Positions 16,294 to 27,385 of a DNA stretch of 62,598 nt are shown one piece after another. How positions within the stretch are numbered: the first letter of the stretch is position 1; each line of letters starts with the position of its first letter. The DNA comes from Akkermansia muciniphila (GTDB lineage Bacteria > Verrucomicrobiota > Verrucomicrobiia > Limisphaerales > SIAT01), in contig CAMASG010000004.1 in NCBI GenBank assembly GCA_945860945.1, forward strand, positions 1 to 62,598, given 5' to 3'. The translations under genes and the position numbers were made by a program. The notes beneath the pieces were generated by a model that was not told where the DNA came from, ran no database searches, and worked only from the letters and a program-made list of their open reading frames with translations.

Positions 16294-17556
16294 ATGAACC
16301 CGACCGCTATTGAAGGCCATCTCAAGTTGGTGCTGCTCCAGTGGATGGTGATTATCGCCGTGGCGTGGGTGATGGGGCGATTGGCGCGAAAGGTCGGCCA
16401 ACCGCTTGCGGTCGGTGAAATTGCGGGTGGACTGCTCCTTGGCCCATCGGTCTTGGGCGCGCTTTGGCCGGAGGGAATGCACGGGCTTTTTCCAGCCGAG
16501 ACACAGCAGTCACTCCAGTTACTCGCGAAACTCGGCCTCATTCTCCTGCTGTTCCAAGTCGGGATAGAATTCGATTTCGGCCACTTGGCATCGCGTTCAA
16601 GAACGGTCACGGCTGTGTCGCTGGCCGGGATTATTGCGCCGATGCTGGGGGGCTTACTGATTGGCCCGTGGCTTCACCGGACCTTTGCGCCAGAAACGCC
16701 ACGGTTAGGTTTCCAGCTCTTTATCTGCATCGCGCTCTCCATCTCGGCGCTGCCGATCATGGGAAGGATTCTCCTGGAACTAAAACTGGAGCGAACGGTG
16801 CTGGGTGCTATGGCCGTGAGTTCGGCGGCGATTGATGACGTGATTGGCTGGATCCTTTTGGCGGTGGCGACGGCGCTGGTGACGTCGGGCTTCGACGTAT
16901 CTAAGTTGGCGTTTCAAGTGGTCGGGGTGACGGCGCTCTTTATTGTTCTGTTGAAACTCATCGGGCCGTGGCTCCGTCAACTGTGGCGTAAATGGACCAC
17001 AGCAGAACAACCGCTGCCGCCGGGGTTTCTTGCGCTATTGCTGATCGTGCTTTTTGCCTGCTGCCTCGCGACGGCGAAGCTCGGCGTATTCTCCATCTTC
17101 GGAGCATTTCTGCTCGGCGTCGCGTTGCATCAGGAAACCGGATTGGTGCGCGCGTGGCGGGAGAAGTTCGCCGACTTCGTGTTGGTGGCGCTTGTGCCAA
17201 TCTTTTTTACGAACACGGGTCTGCGCACGGAGATTGGCGCATTACAAAACAGCACGGCGTGGTTGGGATGCGCGGCTGTGATGGCGGTGGCGGTGGTAGG
17301 AAAGCTCGGTGGTTGCTGGCTGGGCGCCCGGTTGACGGGGCAAACGAATCGTGAGGCGGCGTGCGTGGGGGCTTTGATGAACACACGCGCGTTGATGGGG
17401 TTGGTGGCGATCAACATCGGCCTCGAGCTCGGCCTTCTCACGCGTGAGCTGTTCACGATGTTCGTGATCATGGCGCTGCTTACCACCGTGATGTGCACGC
17501 CGCTGCTGCGCTGGTGGCTGCCGGCGGAGTTTCGTAAACTCCTGCCGAAAGACTGA
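16294..17556 (+). CDS. Cation:proton antiporter (CPA2 family)
   Basis: About 12 TM segments; GQPLAVGEIAGGLLLGPS, SISALP, DDVIGW, FFTNTGL, MNTRAL. Confidence 0.92.
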   Translation: MNPTAIEGHLKLVLLQWMVIIAVAWVMGRLARKVGQPLAVGEIAGGLLLGPSVLGALWPEGMHGLFPAETQQSLQLLAKLGLILLLFQVGIEFDFGHLASRSRTVTAVSLAGIIAPMLGGLLIGPWLHRTFAPETPRLGFQLFICIALSISALPIMGRILLELKLERTVLGAMAVSSAAIDDVIGWILLAVATALVTSGFDVSKLAFQVVGVTALFIVLLKLIGPWLRQLWRKWTTAEQPLPPGFLALLLIVLFACCLATAKLGVFSIFGAFLLGVALHQETGLVRAWREKFADFVLVALVPIFFTNTGLRTEIGALQNSTAWLGCAAVMAVAVVGKLGGCWLGARLTGQTNREAACVGALMNTRALMGLVAINIGLELGLLTRELFTMFVIMALLTTVMCTPLLRWWLPAEFRKLLPKD

Positions 17557-18912
17557 TCAGGGCCGCCGCTCGGACTCGGGCAGGTGCAGGACGGTGAGCG
17601 CGCAGGAATCCCACGCGCGTGATGCGCGATTGGCGTTCCACGTGATGAACAATTTATCACCCTTCGGCGCGAGAGCGACACTGTAGGTGCCCTTCAGCGT
17701 GCATCCGTATTTCGCCTGATAGAACGGGTGCAGGAACGCGACGACCTTCCGTTGCCGTGTCTTCGTGTCGAATTGCACCACGGCCGAATTATCCAGCTCG
17801 CTGCCGCCGTGCGCGCCGGGGACGTAGTAGATGTAGCGGCCGGTCGAATCGGCATCGAGTGTGGTGATGTATTGCTGCGAGCCGACGCCCGCGGGGCCGA
17901 GCGCCTCAACCTTTTCGGTCTTCGTATCGAACGAGTAGAATTGCGCCCCCTCATCTTTCTTGCCTTGCGACACCGTGTAGACGATGCCCTGCGGCGTTTC
18001 CTCGGACGCGGCGCGGATGCCGATCTGTCCCGGAATCTTCACCGGCACGCCGCCTTTTTCAGGATCGTAGCGCATCAACTGCTCGGCCTCTTTACCCTGC
18101 GTGTAATAAATACGGCCGGTGGACGCGGCAAAAATCATCGCGCGCGCGGGGCCGTTCGGCACGTCGCAGACCACCTTTCGCTCGCGGATATCGTACGCGA
18201 AGAAGTGGACGCCATCCTCGTCGCCGCCAGTGCCGGGTGCGGTGCCGCCGTAGAAAATGAGCCGCTTCGGATCGAGCGCGCTGGTGGGGATGCAGTGCTT
18301 CGGCACTGGGCCCTGCGCGACGATTTCCGTTTTGCCGGAGCCGAGGTGATGACGAAGGATCCAATCGCCCTTGTAGTGATATTGGTCGGTGGTGACGCGC
18401 GTGGAGCCGCGGTGCGTGGAGAAATAGAGCCAGCCATCGCCGCCGAGATCGAGACGGCTGTGGATTTTTCCGGGCGCATAATGACCTTCGGGCAGTTTCA
18501 GGATGGAAAGCACGTCGAGCAACTGGCGGAGATTCTTCGTGACTGGATCATATTCGTAGACGAAAGCATTGCCGGCGGGCGCGAGATGGTCACCGATGCT
18601 GGCGTAGTATTTCTCGCCGACAGCGAGACTATCGCCCCAGTTCGACCACGGCTTACCCGGATAATTCTGGCCGGGGAAATAGAGAAAATCGACCGTCGGT
18701 GGGGTCTTCGCGATGGTCACGCCGGGACGCAACGTGCCAGGTGGCTTTAGAAAATCAGGCGAAGTGTCGGTGGCGATTTCTTTGCCGCCGGGCAAGCGCG
18801 GCGGGTAAGTGACTTCGGGCGTGGTTGATTTTGCCTTGCCAGTTTTCTTGGGCGCATCGGCAGCGTGGAGGGATGCGACGAAAAGTAGGGAGAGAAGGAG
18901 ACGAGGCTTCAT
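17557..18912 (-). CDS. Secreted beta-propeller protein of unknown function
   Basis: Signal peptide; repeated YxYDP blades; KIHSR motif; paralogous to 60312..61604. Confidence 0.7.
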   Translation of the reverse strand: MKPRLLLSLLFVASLHAADAPKKTGKAKSTTPEVTYPPRLPGGKEIATDTSPDFLKPPGTLRPGVTIAKTPPTVDFLYFPGQNYPGKPWSNWGDSLAVGEKYYASIGDHLAPAGNAFVYEYDPVTKNLRQLLDVLSILKLPEGHYAPGKIHSRLDLGGDGWLYFSTHRGSTRVTTDQYHYKGDWILRHHLGSGKTEIVAQGPVPKHCIPTSALDPKRLIFYGGTAPGTGGDEDGVHFFAYDIRERKVVCDVPNGPARAMIFAASTGRIYYTQGKEAEQLMRYDPEKGGVPVKIPGQIGIRAASEETPQGIVYTVSQGKKDEGAQFYSFDTKTEKVEALGPAGVGSQQYITTLDADSTGRYIYYVPGAHGGSELDNSAVVQFDTKTRQRKVVAFLHPFYQAKYGCTLKGTYSVALAPKGDKLFITWNANRASRAWDSCALTVLHLPESERRP

Positions 18913-20531
18913 TGTTCTGAAATGTTCAGGAGTTGGTCGGCGGTGACGCCGATGCGTTGGAGGGTTTTTCCATTCGGAAAACGGATTTCGATATCCACCT
19001 TCGTCGCGGTGCCGAGGCCAAAGTGGGCGAGCGCGGGTTGGCCGCTGGCGTAGCCGTAGCCGGTGCCGATTTCCTGAAAGCCGAGGAGCGCGCCGGTTTT
19101 GCCGAGTTGGCCGGCCGCAAAGAGCCGCACTTGCGCGCCGATGCCCATCCGGTTCATCTGCTTGCCGGTGACGCGCACCTGCAGCCAGGGGCGCGGCTCA
19201 CTTTCGTTGCGCAGCAGGCGCGAGTGGTTTCCGGCGAACCAGTTGATGAGAAAAAGATCGAGCCGTCCGTCATTGTCGAAATCGCCCGATGGGCCGCACG
19301 GGAAATAAACCATCGGTGCGCGGACGGGGCGCGGCGGCACGAAGCGCGGCAGTCCGTCCTTCATACCGGTGTTACGGAAGATGAGCGGCGTGATGATGTC
19401 ACCGTCGCGCCACGCGGCGGAGAGACAGATGTCCGGCCAGCCGTCGTTGTCGAAATCCTGAATCTCCACGTGCGGGCATTTGACCGGCACGGCATCGCCG
19501 AGGCCGACCTCTTTAGTCACATCGCGGAACTGCGGCACGCCGTCCTTGACGCCGTCGTTGAGGAAGACTTTGTTGCGAGCGGTCTCGCAGTGGATGCTCA
19601 AGACGAGGTCGAGCCGGCCATCGCGATTGAGATCACCAAACGCTGCGCCGCACGCCCAATCTTCGCGGTGCAGCGGTTTCCACGCGAACAGTTCGCGCAA
19701 CTCGAGCGATTCGCGATAGCGATTGCCGGGTTGGCTGAGGAAGATGCGGTTGCTGTCGCCGACAAAAAAGTCGGGGCGCCCGTCGCCATTCAAATCAGCC
19801 ACGGCGAGGCCGAGACCAAAGATATCTTCAGGCAAACCGACCTCGACGGTCACATCTTTGAATTTCATTCCGCCGAGATTTCGTAAAAGTACCGAGCGCG
19901 GTTTGGGCGTGAATTTATCCTCCACGACGAAGAGGTCGAGGAGGCCGTCGTTGTCGTAATCGAACACGCCGATGTTGCGCGCGGTGAAGAGCGATTCCGG
20001 ACAGGCACCGCTCGAGGCGGAGATATCCGTGAATTTCCCGCCGCTGTTTCGGAAGAGTTGGTTGTGGCGGAACTTTGACGAAGCTTGCGGCTCAATCTCG
20101 TTTTTGGGTTTCGCTTTGCCGGGCATTTTAGCGTTGTTGGCGACGTAGAGATCGAGCGTGCCGTCGTTGTCGAGATCGGCGAAGACAGCGCCACTGGTAC
20201 GCGAAAAGATTTCAGCGGGCGCGCCTTTTATCCATTCGAAGCGGCCGCCGCCGAGGTTGCGGAAAAAGCGATACGGCACGGGGCCTTTGGCCGGAAGGTA
20301 TTCGGCGTTCGGCCGGTCGCAGAAGCCGCCGACGAAAAGGTCGATGCGACCGTCGCCATCGAAGTCTCCCCACGCGCCACCGTGTCCCATCAATCCCGCG
20401 AGAGGTTCGCTGAGGCCGGCGGATTTGGTGGCATCAGTGAAACGGATGAGCGATTGAGCGCCGAGATTGGCGGCGAGAAAGAAGGGCAGACAGACGAAAA
20501 GAGAACGAGATATCCAGTGGGCGTGTTGCAT
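18909..20531 (-). CDS. CRTAC1-family protein (FG-GAP/VCBS repeats + ASPIC/UnbV C-terminus)
   Basis: Repeated D(F/L)DxDGxxDL Ca-binding motifs; C-terminal NRMGIGAQV...GYASGQPALAHFGLG. Confidence 0.88.
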   Translation of the reverse strand: MQHAHWISRSLFVCLPFFLAANLGAQSLIRFTDATKSAGLSEPLAGLMGHGGAWGDFDGDGRIDLFVGGFCDRPNAEYLPAKGPVPYRFFRNLGGGRFEWIKGAPAEIFSRTSGAVFADLDNDGTLDLYVANNAKMPGKAKPKNEIEPQASSKFRHNQLFRNSGGKFTDISASSGACPESLFTARNIGVFDYDNDGLLDLFVVEDKFTPKPRSVLLRNLGGMKFKDVTVEVGLPEDIFGLGLAVADLNGDGRPDFFVGDSNRIFLSQPGNRYRESLELRELFAWKPLHREDWACGAAFGDLNRDGRLDLVLSIHCETARNKVFLNDGVKDGVPQFRDVTKEVGLGDAVPVKCPHVEIQDFDNDGWPDICLSAAWRDGDIITPLIFRNTGMKDGLPRFVPPRPVRAPMVYFPCGPSGDFDNDGRLDLFLINWFAGNHSRLLRNESEPRPWLQVRVTGKQMNRMGIGAQVRLFAAGQLGKTGALLGFQEIGTGYGYASGQPALAHFGLGTATKVDIEIRFPNGKTLQRIGVTADQLLNISEQ

Positions 20532-20592
20532 AATTTGGTTCCGCGACGAGTTAAATCGAGAGAGTTGTTGTTGCGCAAAACAAATCGTCGGC

Positions 20593-20621
20593 TTGCCATC
20601 GTGGTGAGCCGTCTTTAGCCT
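20593..20621 (+). promoter_or_regulatory. Putative sigma70 promoter of the trxB operon
   Basis: TTGCCA-17bp-TAGCCT, 11 nt upstream of ATG 20633. Confidence 0.5.
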
Positions 20622-20632
20622 TCCGCCGGTTT

Positions 20633-21565
20633 ATGGAAAAAGTTGTCATCATTGGGTCCGGCTGCGCTGGCTGGACTTCCGCCCTTTACACGGCACGTGC
20701 TCAGCTCAATCCGCTGCTCATCACTGGCGTGATGCCGGGTGGACTGCTGACCACCACGAGCATCGTCGAGAATTTCCCCGGCTTCCCCGAAGGCGTGGAC
20801 GGCACAGACCTGATGATACGGATGCAGAAACAGGCGGAACGTTTCGGGGCGAAGACACGTTTCGGCAGCGTGGTCGAGGCGGTGGATCTTTCGAAGAAGC
20901 CGTTCACGCTGACCGTGGATGGCGAGCAGGTTCAGACGCAGTGCCTGATTATCGCGACGGGCGCGGGGCACAAGCATCTCGATGCGCCGGGCGAGCACGA
21001 GCTGGAAAAGAAAGGCGTGACCTACTGCGCGACCTGCGACGGCGCGTTGCCCCAATTCCGCAACCAACCGGTGGTCGTGGTCGGTGGTGGTGATTCGGCC
21101 TGCGAGGAGGCGACCTATCTGACGCGGTTCGCCTCGGAAGTTTATTTGATTCACCGCCGCGACACACTGCGCGCCTCCAAGGTGATGGCTGAGCGGGCGC
21201 TCTCGAACCCGAAGATCAAGCCGGTGTGGGACTCGGTCGTGACCGAGGTGCTCGATCTGAAGCAGAATAAAGTGACCGGCGTGAAGCTGAAGAATTTGAA
21301 GACGAACGAGGAACGCGTGCTGCCGTGCGCGGGCGTGTTCGTCGCAATCGGCCACGTGCCGAACACGCAGCTTTTCAAAGGCGTGATTGATATGGATGCG
21401 GATGGCTATATCCGCCCGAAGCAGGGGACAGAGACGAATGTGTCGGGCGTGTTCGTGGCCGGCGATTGTTCCGACCGCGTTTATCGTCAGGCGATCACGG
21501 CGGCGGGGATGGGTTGCGCGGCGGCGATTGATGCCGAGCGTTATTTGGGCAATCTGAACCAGTGA
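20633..21565 (+). CDS. trxB: Thioredoxin-disulfide reductase
   Basis: IIGSGCAG, VENFPGF, CATCDG redox motif, GGGDSA, GVFVAGD, YRQAITAAG. Confidence 0.96.
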   Translation: MEKVVIIGSGCAGWTSALYTARAQLNPLLITGVMPGGLLTTTSIVENFPGFPEGVDGTDLMIRMQKQAERFGAKTRFGSVVEAVDLSKKPFTLTVDGEQVQTQCLIIATGAGHKHLDAPGEHELEKKGVTYCATCDGALPQFRNQPVVVVGGGDSACEEATYLTRFASEVYLIHRRDTLRASKVMAERALSNPKIKPVWDSVVTEVLDLKQNKVTGVKLKNLKTNEERVLPCAGVFVAIGHVPNTQLFKGVIDMDADGYIRPKQGTETNVSGVFVAGDCSDRVYRQAITAAGMGCAAAIDAERYLGNLNQ

Positions 21566-21891
21566 GCGAGCGCGCCATTTTTCCGCTGGAGCTGGCCGTG
21601 GAATTGAAATCCACGAACCCGCCGCGGTTGCTCGATGTGCGCGAACCGGAGGAGAGCGAGTTGGTGACGTTGCCGGGTGCGAAGCTGATTCCGCTGGGGC
21701 AATTGCCGTCGCGCGCAAGTGAGTTGGAGGAGTGGCGCGATGAGGAGGTTGTGATTTACTGTCATCACGGCATGCGCAGTTTGCATGCGATCGGCTATTT
21801 GCAGCAACTCGGGTTCGTGCGGTTGCGAAACCTGACGGGTGGTATCGACGGATGGGCGCAGACGGTTGAGCCACAGATACGGCGTTATTAG
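21562..21891 (+). CDS. Rhodanese-like protein
   Basis: LLDVREPEE, active-site loop YCHHGMRS, NLTGGIDGW; GTGA overlap with trxB. Confidence 0.9.
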   Translation: MSERAIFPLELAVELKSTNPPRLLDVREPEESELVTLPGAKLIPLGQLPSRASELEEWRDEEVVIYCHHGMRSLHAIGYLQQLGFVRLRNLTGGIDGWAQTVEPQIRRY

Positions 21892-21968
21892 CTGCGGAAG
21901 TTTGATTGAATGCGCTTCGAATGCGGGCGTCTGTGTGAGGTCCGCGGCAGTCGAATGGGTTTGTTCCA

Positions 21969-22631
21969 ATGATAAAACGCGAAGCGAAAATCAAACGAGC
22001 GACGAAGGAGACGCGCATCGAGTTGGCTTTGAACATCGATGGCACAGGTAAAGCGTCGGTGAAGACCGGCGTGCCGTTCCTCGATCACATGCTGATGCTC
22101 GTGGCGCGTCACGGCGTGCTGGATCTTAAATTGATTTGCAAAGGCGATCTCGAAGTGGACGCGCACCACACGGTGGAAGATTGCGGCATTGCGTTGGGGC
22201 AGGCGTTCGCGCAGGCGCTGGGCGATAAGCGCGGCATCCGCCGCTACGGCGCTGGCTTCGATCCGAAGAACCCGTTCACCGGCGAGGCGTACGTGCCGAT
22301 GGACGAGTGCCTCGCGCGTTGCGTGATTGATTTCAGCGGCCGGCCTTATCTCGTGTGGCGCGGGATGGATGATCTGAACCAGAAGAAGATCACACGCGCG
22401 GAGCGGACGCAGGATATGTCGAGCGCGTTCCGGTTCGGTTTGGCGCGCGAATTCTTCCAAGGCTTCGCCAACGAGGCGCGATGCAATTTGCATTTGGAGC
22501 TGCTCTACGGGGGCGAACCGCATCACGTGGTGGAAGGGCTTTTCAAAGCGTTCGCCAAAGCAGTGGATTTCGCGTGTCAGCCGGATGCGCGGATTTCCGG
22601 AATCATCCCCAGTAGCAAGGGGAAGCTGTGA
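21969..22631 (+). CDS. hisB: Imidazoleglycerol-phosphate dehydratase
   Basis: RATKET, FLDHML, DAHHTVED, PMDE, PHHVVE..FKAF. Confidence 0.95.
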   Translation: MIKREAKIKRATKETRIELALNIDGTGKASVKTGVPFLDHMLMLVARHGVLDLKLICKGDLEVDAHHTVEDCGIALGQAFAQALGDKRGIRRYGAGFDPKNPFTGEAYVPMDECLARCVIDFSGRPYLVWRGMDDLNQKKITRAERTQDMSSAFRFGLAREFFQGFANEARCNLHLELLYGGEPHHVVEGLFKAFAKAVDFACQPDARISGIIPSSKGKL

Positions 22632-22664
22632 CTGAATAAGGGCTAGGTAGCTGCGTCGAACACT

Positions 22665-23270
22665 ATGGCGAGACGATTGGATCTCAAGACGGCCGAAGAT
22701 CAGGCGCTGGTGCGCGTTGCCCAGAGGGGTAATATGCCAGCCTTCGAGGAATTGATTTCCCGCCACCGCGACAAGCTGTATGCACGCGCTTTCAGCATGC
22801 TGCGGAACGAGGAAGAAGCCCTCGATGTATCGCAGGAAGCGTGGGTGAAGGGTTGGCAGCGGTTGAAGCAGTTTCAGGGCGAGGCTGGATTCGCCACATG
22901 GATGACGCGGATTGTCATCAACCTCTGCCTCGATCATCTGCGCAAAAAGAAGCGCCAGCAAACCGAGTCTCTCGAGGAACTGGACGAGGAATGGGGCGGA
23001 GCGGAACGCCGGATGCCGTTCTTGGTCGTTAATCCGACGGAAGGGCTCGAGCGGATTGAGCTCCGGAAGCGGATTGATCGGGCGCTGGTGCAACTCTCCG
23101 AGGCGCACCGACAAGTTTTGGTGTTGTATGAATTTGAAGAGATGGATTATAAACAGATTGCGAAAGTGACCCATTGTTCCATCGGGACTGTAATGTCCCG
23201 CCTCTTCTACGCCCGCCGTCGATTGGCCGCACTGCTGATGAGTTTAAAGAAAGAAAGAGATTCAGAATGA
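22665..23270 (+). CDS. ECF-family RNA polymerase sigma factor
   Basis: DVSQEAWVKGW, FATWMTRIVINLCLD (region 2); IAKVTHCSIGTVMSRLFYARRRL (region 4). Confidence 0.93.
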   Translation: MARRLDLKTAEDQALVRVAQRGNMPAFEELISRHRDKLYARAFSMLRNEEEALDVSQEAWVKGWQRLKQFQGEAGFATWMTRIVINLCLDHLRKKKRQQTESLEELDEEWGGAERRMPFLVVNPTEGLERIELRKRIDRALVQLSEAHRQVLVLYEFEEMDYKQIAKVTHCSIGTVMSRLFYARRRLAALLMSLKKERDSE

Positions 23271-23785
23271 ACATCGAATTGGAATTGAAGATTCAGGCTT
23301 GGCTGGATAACGAGTTGTCCGCTAATGAAGCCGCCGAGGTCGCCGCGTTGGTCGCCACGAACACCGAGGCGCAAGCGCTCGCCGCCGAGCTGAAGTCGCT
23401 CAAAGCTTTCGTCCACGCCAACGAGCCGGCTCTCACCGTGCCCGAGTCCCGCGAATTTTATTGGTCGAAGATTGAACGCGCCATCGCGCAGTCCGAGAGG
23501 GTCGCGCCGCAGTCCGAGTCCGCCGGCCTTTCGCCGATCTTCGCGTGGGCCCGCAGTTGGCTCGCGCCTGTCGCTGGCCTCGCAGCAATGATCGCCGTGT
23601 TGATTGTGATTGCCCCTCGCTCTTCCGAGCCGGAGTACAGCGAGACCGATACTCCGTCGGAGGGTGGTGGTGTAATTCATTTCAAGGACCCGGCCAGCGG
23701 GATGACCGTCATCTGGTTTTATGATCAGGCGGGGAACCCGATCCAGAATCCCGATTCGATTGATAACGTGGAGAAACCGGAGTGA
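23267..23785 (+). CDS. Putative membrane-anchored anti-sigma factor
   Basis: ATGA overlap with sigma; N-terminal IQAWLDNELS anti-sigma-like helix; one TM segment. Confidence 0.75.
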   Translation: MNIELELKIQAWLDNELSANEAAEVAALVATNTEAQALAAELKSLKAFVHANEPALTVPESREFYWSKIERAIAQSERVAPQSESAGLSPIFAWARSWLAPVAGLAAMIAVLIVIAPRSSEPEYSETDTPSEGGGVIHFKDPASGMTVIWFYDQAGNPIQNPDSIDNVEKPE

Positions 23786-24282
23786 ACGTGTTCGTTCGTA
23801 AATTTATTTGGTCTTGGGCGGTCGCGGGATTGCTCGTGATATCTTCGTCGCTGTTCGCGGCGGCCGCTGAGCCATCGTTGAATGTCGAAGTGCGCTTGGT
23901 GCTGGGTTCTGAGGACGGCAAGCCGATTCCGGCCGATTTCAAAAAGATGGACGCTGCTCTGGCGAAAACGCTGAGCCGTTCGTTCCGCTGGACTGAGTAT
24001 TACGAAGGCACGCCGCAGAAGGTGCAGGCGCCCGCGCAAAAGAGCCAGAAGGTGAAGCTGGACGAGGAGTGTTCCATCGAGCTGAAGAATCTTGGAGGTT
24101 CCAAGATCGAGGTGAAGTATTTCATTGGCGCAAAGCAGATCGGCAAGACCGTGAACACGCTCCCGCCGCAAAACTGGTTCACTGTCGGCAGTGTGGACAA
24201 GAACAACTCGGCGAAGTTCGTGATGATGCGCCTCGTGCTCGAGAAAGCCGCGAAGAAAGAAACGAAAGAGTCACGGAACTAG
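23782..24282 (+). CDS. Secreted hypothetical protein of the ECF operon
   Basis: GTGA overlap; signal peptide ending AAA; basic. Confidence 0.7.
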   Translation: MNVFVRKFIWSWAVAGLLVISSSLFAAAAEPSLNVEVRLVLGSEDGKPIPADFKKMDAALAKTLSRSFRWTEYYEGTPQKVQAPAQKSQKVKLDEECSIELKNLGGSKIEVKYFIGAKQIGKTVNTLPPQNWFTVGSVDKNNSAKFVMMRLVLEKAAKKETKESRN

Positions 24283-24303
24283 ATTTGGTTAGGGTTGTAG
24301 TCG

Positions 24304-24336
24304 CCCCGTCGGCCCACTGGACCGGCGGGGTTTTTT
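24304..24336 (+). terminator. Rho-independent terminator
   Basis: ccccgtcgg...ccggcgggg stem followed by TTTTTT. Confidence 0.8.
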
Positions 24337-24384
24337 GCTGCATATCCATCTGGAGTTCGCCGGTTGTTCTTCTGCGGCTTTAAC

Positions 24385-24650
24385 CGGTCTTTTTTCGAGC
24401 CAGCCAAAGGTGTTTTTGATTTCGCGAAAGGCATTTTTGCGTGCGGAAAAGCCTTTCTCGGACTCGGGAAAGGTCTTTTGCCGTCTGGAAAAGGCATTCT
24501 CGAGGGTGCGAAAGCCTTATTGCCGAGCAACAAAGGCTTTCTTGAACACGGAAAAGCCTTTCCTGTCGGCACAAAAGGCTTTCCCGAGAGCGAAAAAGGC
24601 TTTCCCGAGAGCGAAAAAGGCTTTGTCGGGGTCGCAAAAAGAGCTTTCTT
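24385..24650. repeat. Degenerate 21-bp tandem repeat array (11 clear units), core AAAG(G/C)CTTT
   Basis: AAAG cores at 24406, 24427, 24448, 24469, 24490, 24511, 24532, 24553, 24574, 24595, 24616; exact duplication aaaaggctttcccgagagcga x2 at 24573-24614. Confidence 0.9.
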
Positions 24651-24714
24651 AAAACACTCGGCTATGGGGTTACAACAATAGGTATTGTCAAGGTTTGGCT
24701 ATGGGCACAATTAG

Positions 24715-27366
<2,652 letters not shown>

Positions 27367-27385
27367 TTTTACGACTGCCTGAGTT

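Noticed and set aside
24279-24681. Four overlapping ORFs across the 21-bp array, and a possible CRISPR array
   Set aside because: Frames are open because the repeat lacks stops; the conserved core is only about 9 bp with ~11-bp spacers and there are no cas genes, so not CRISPR; no single frame is supported
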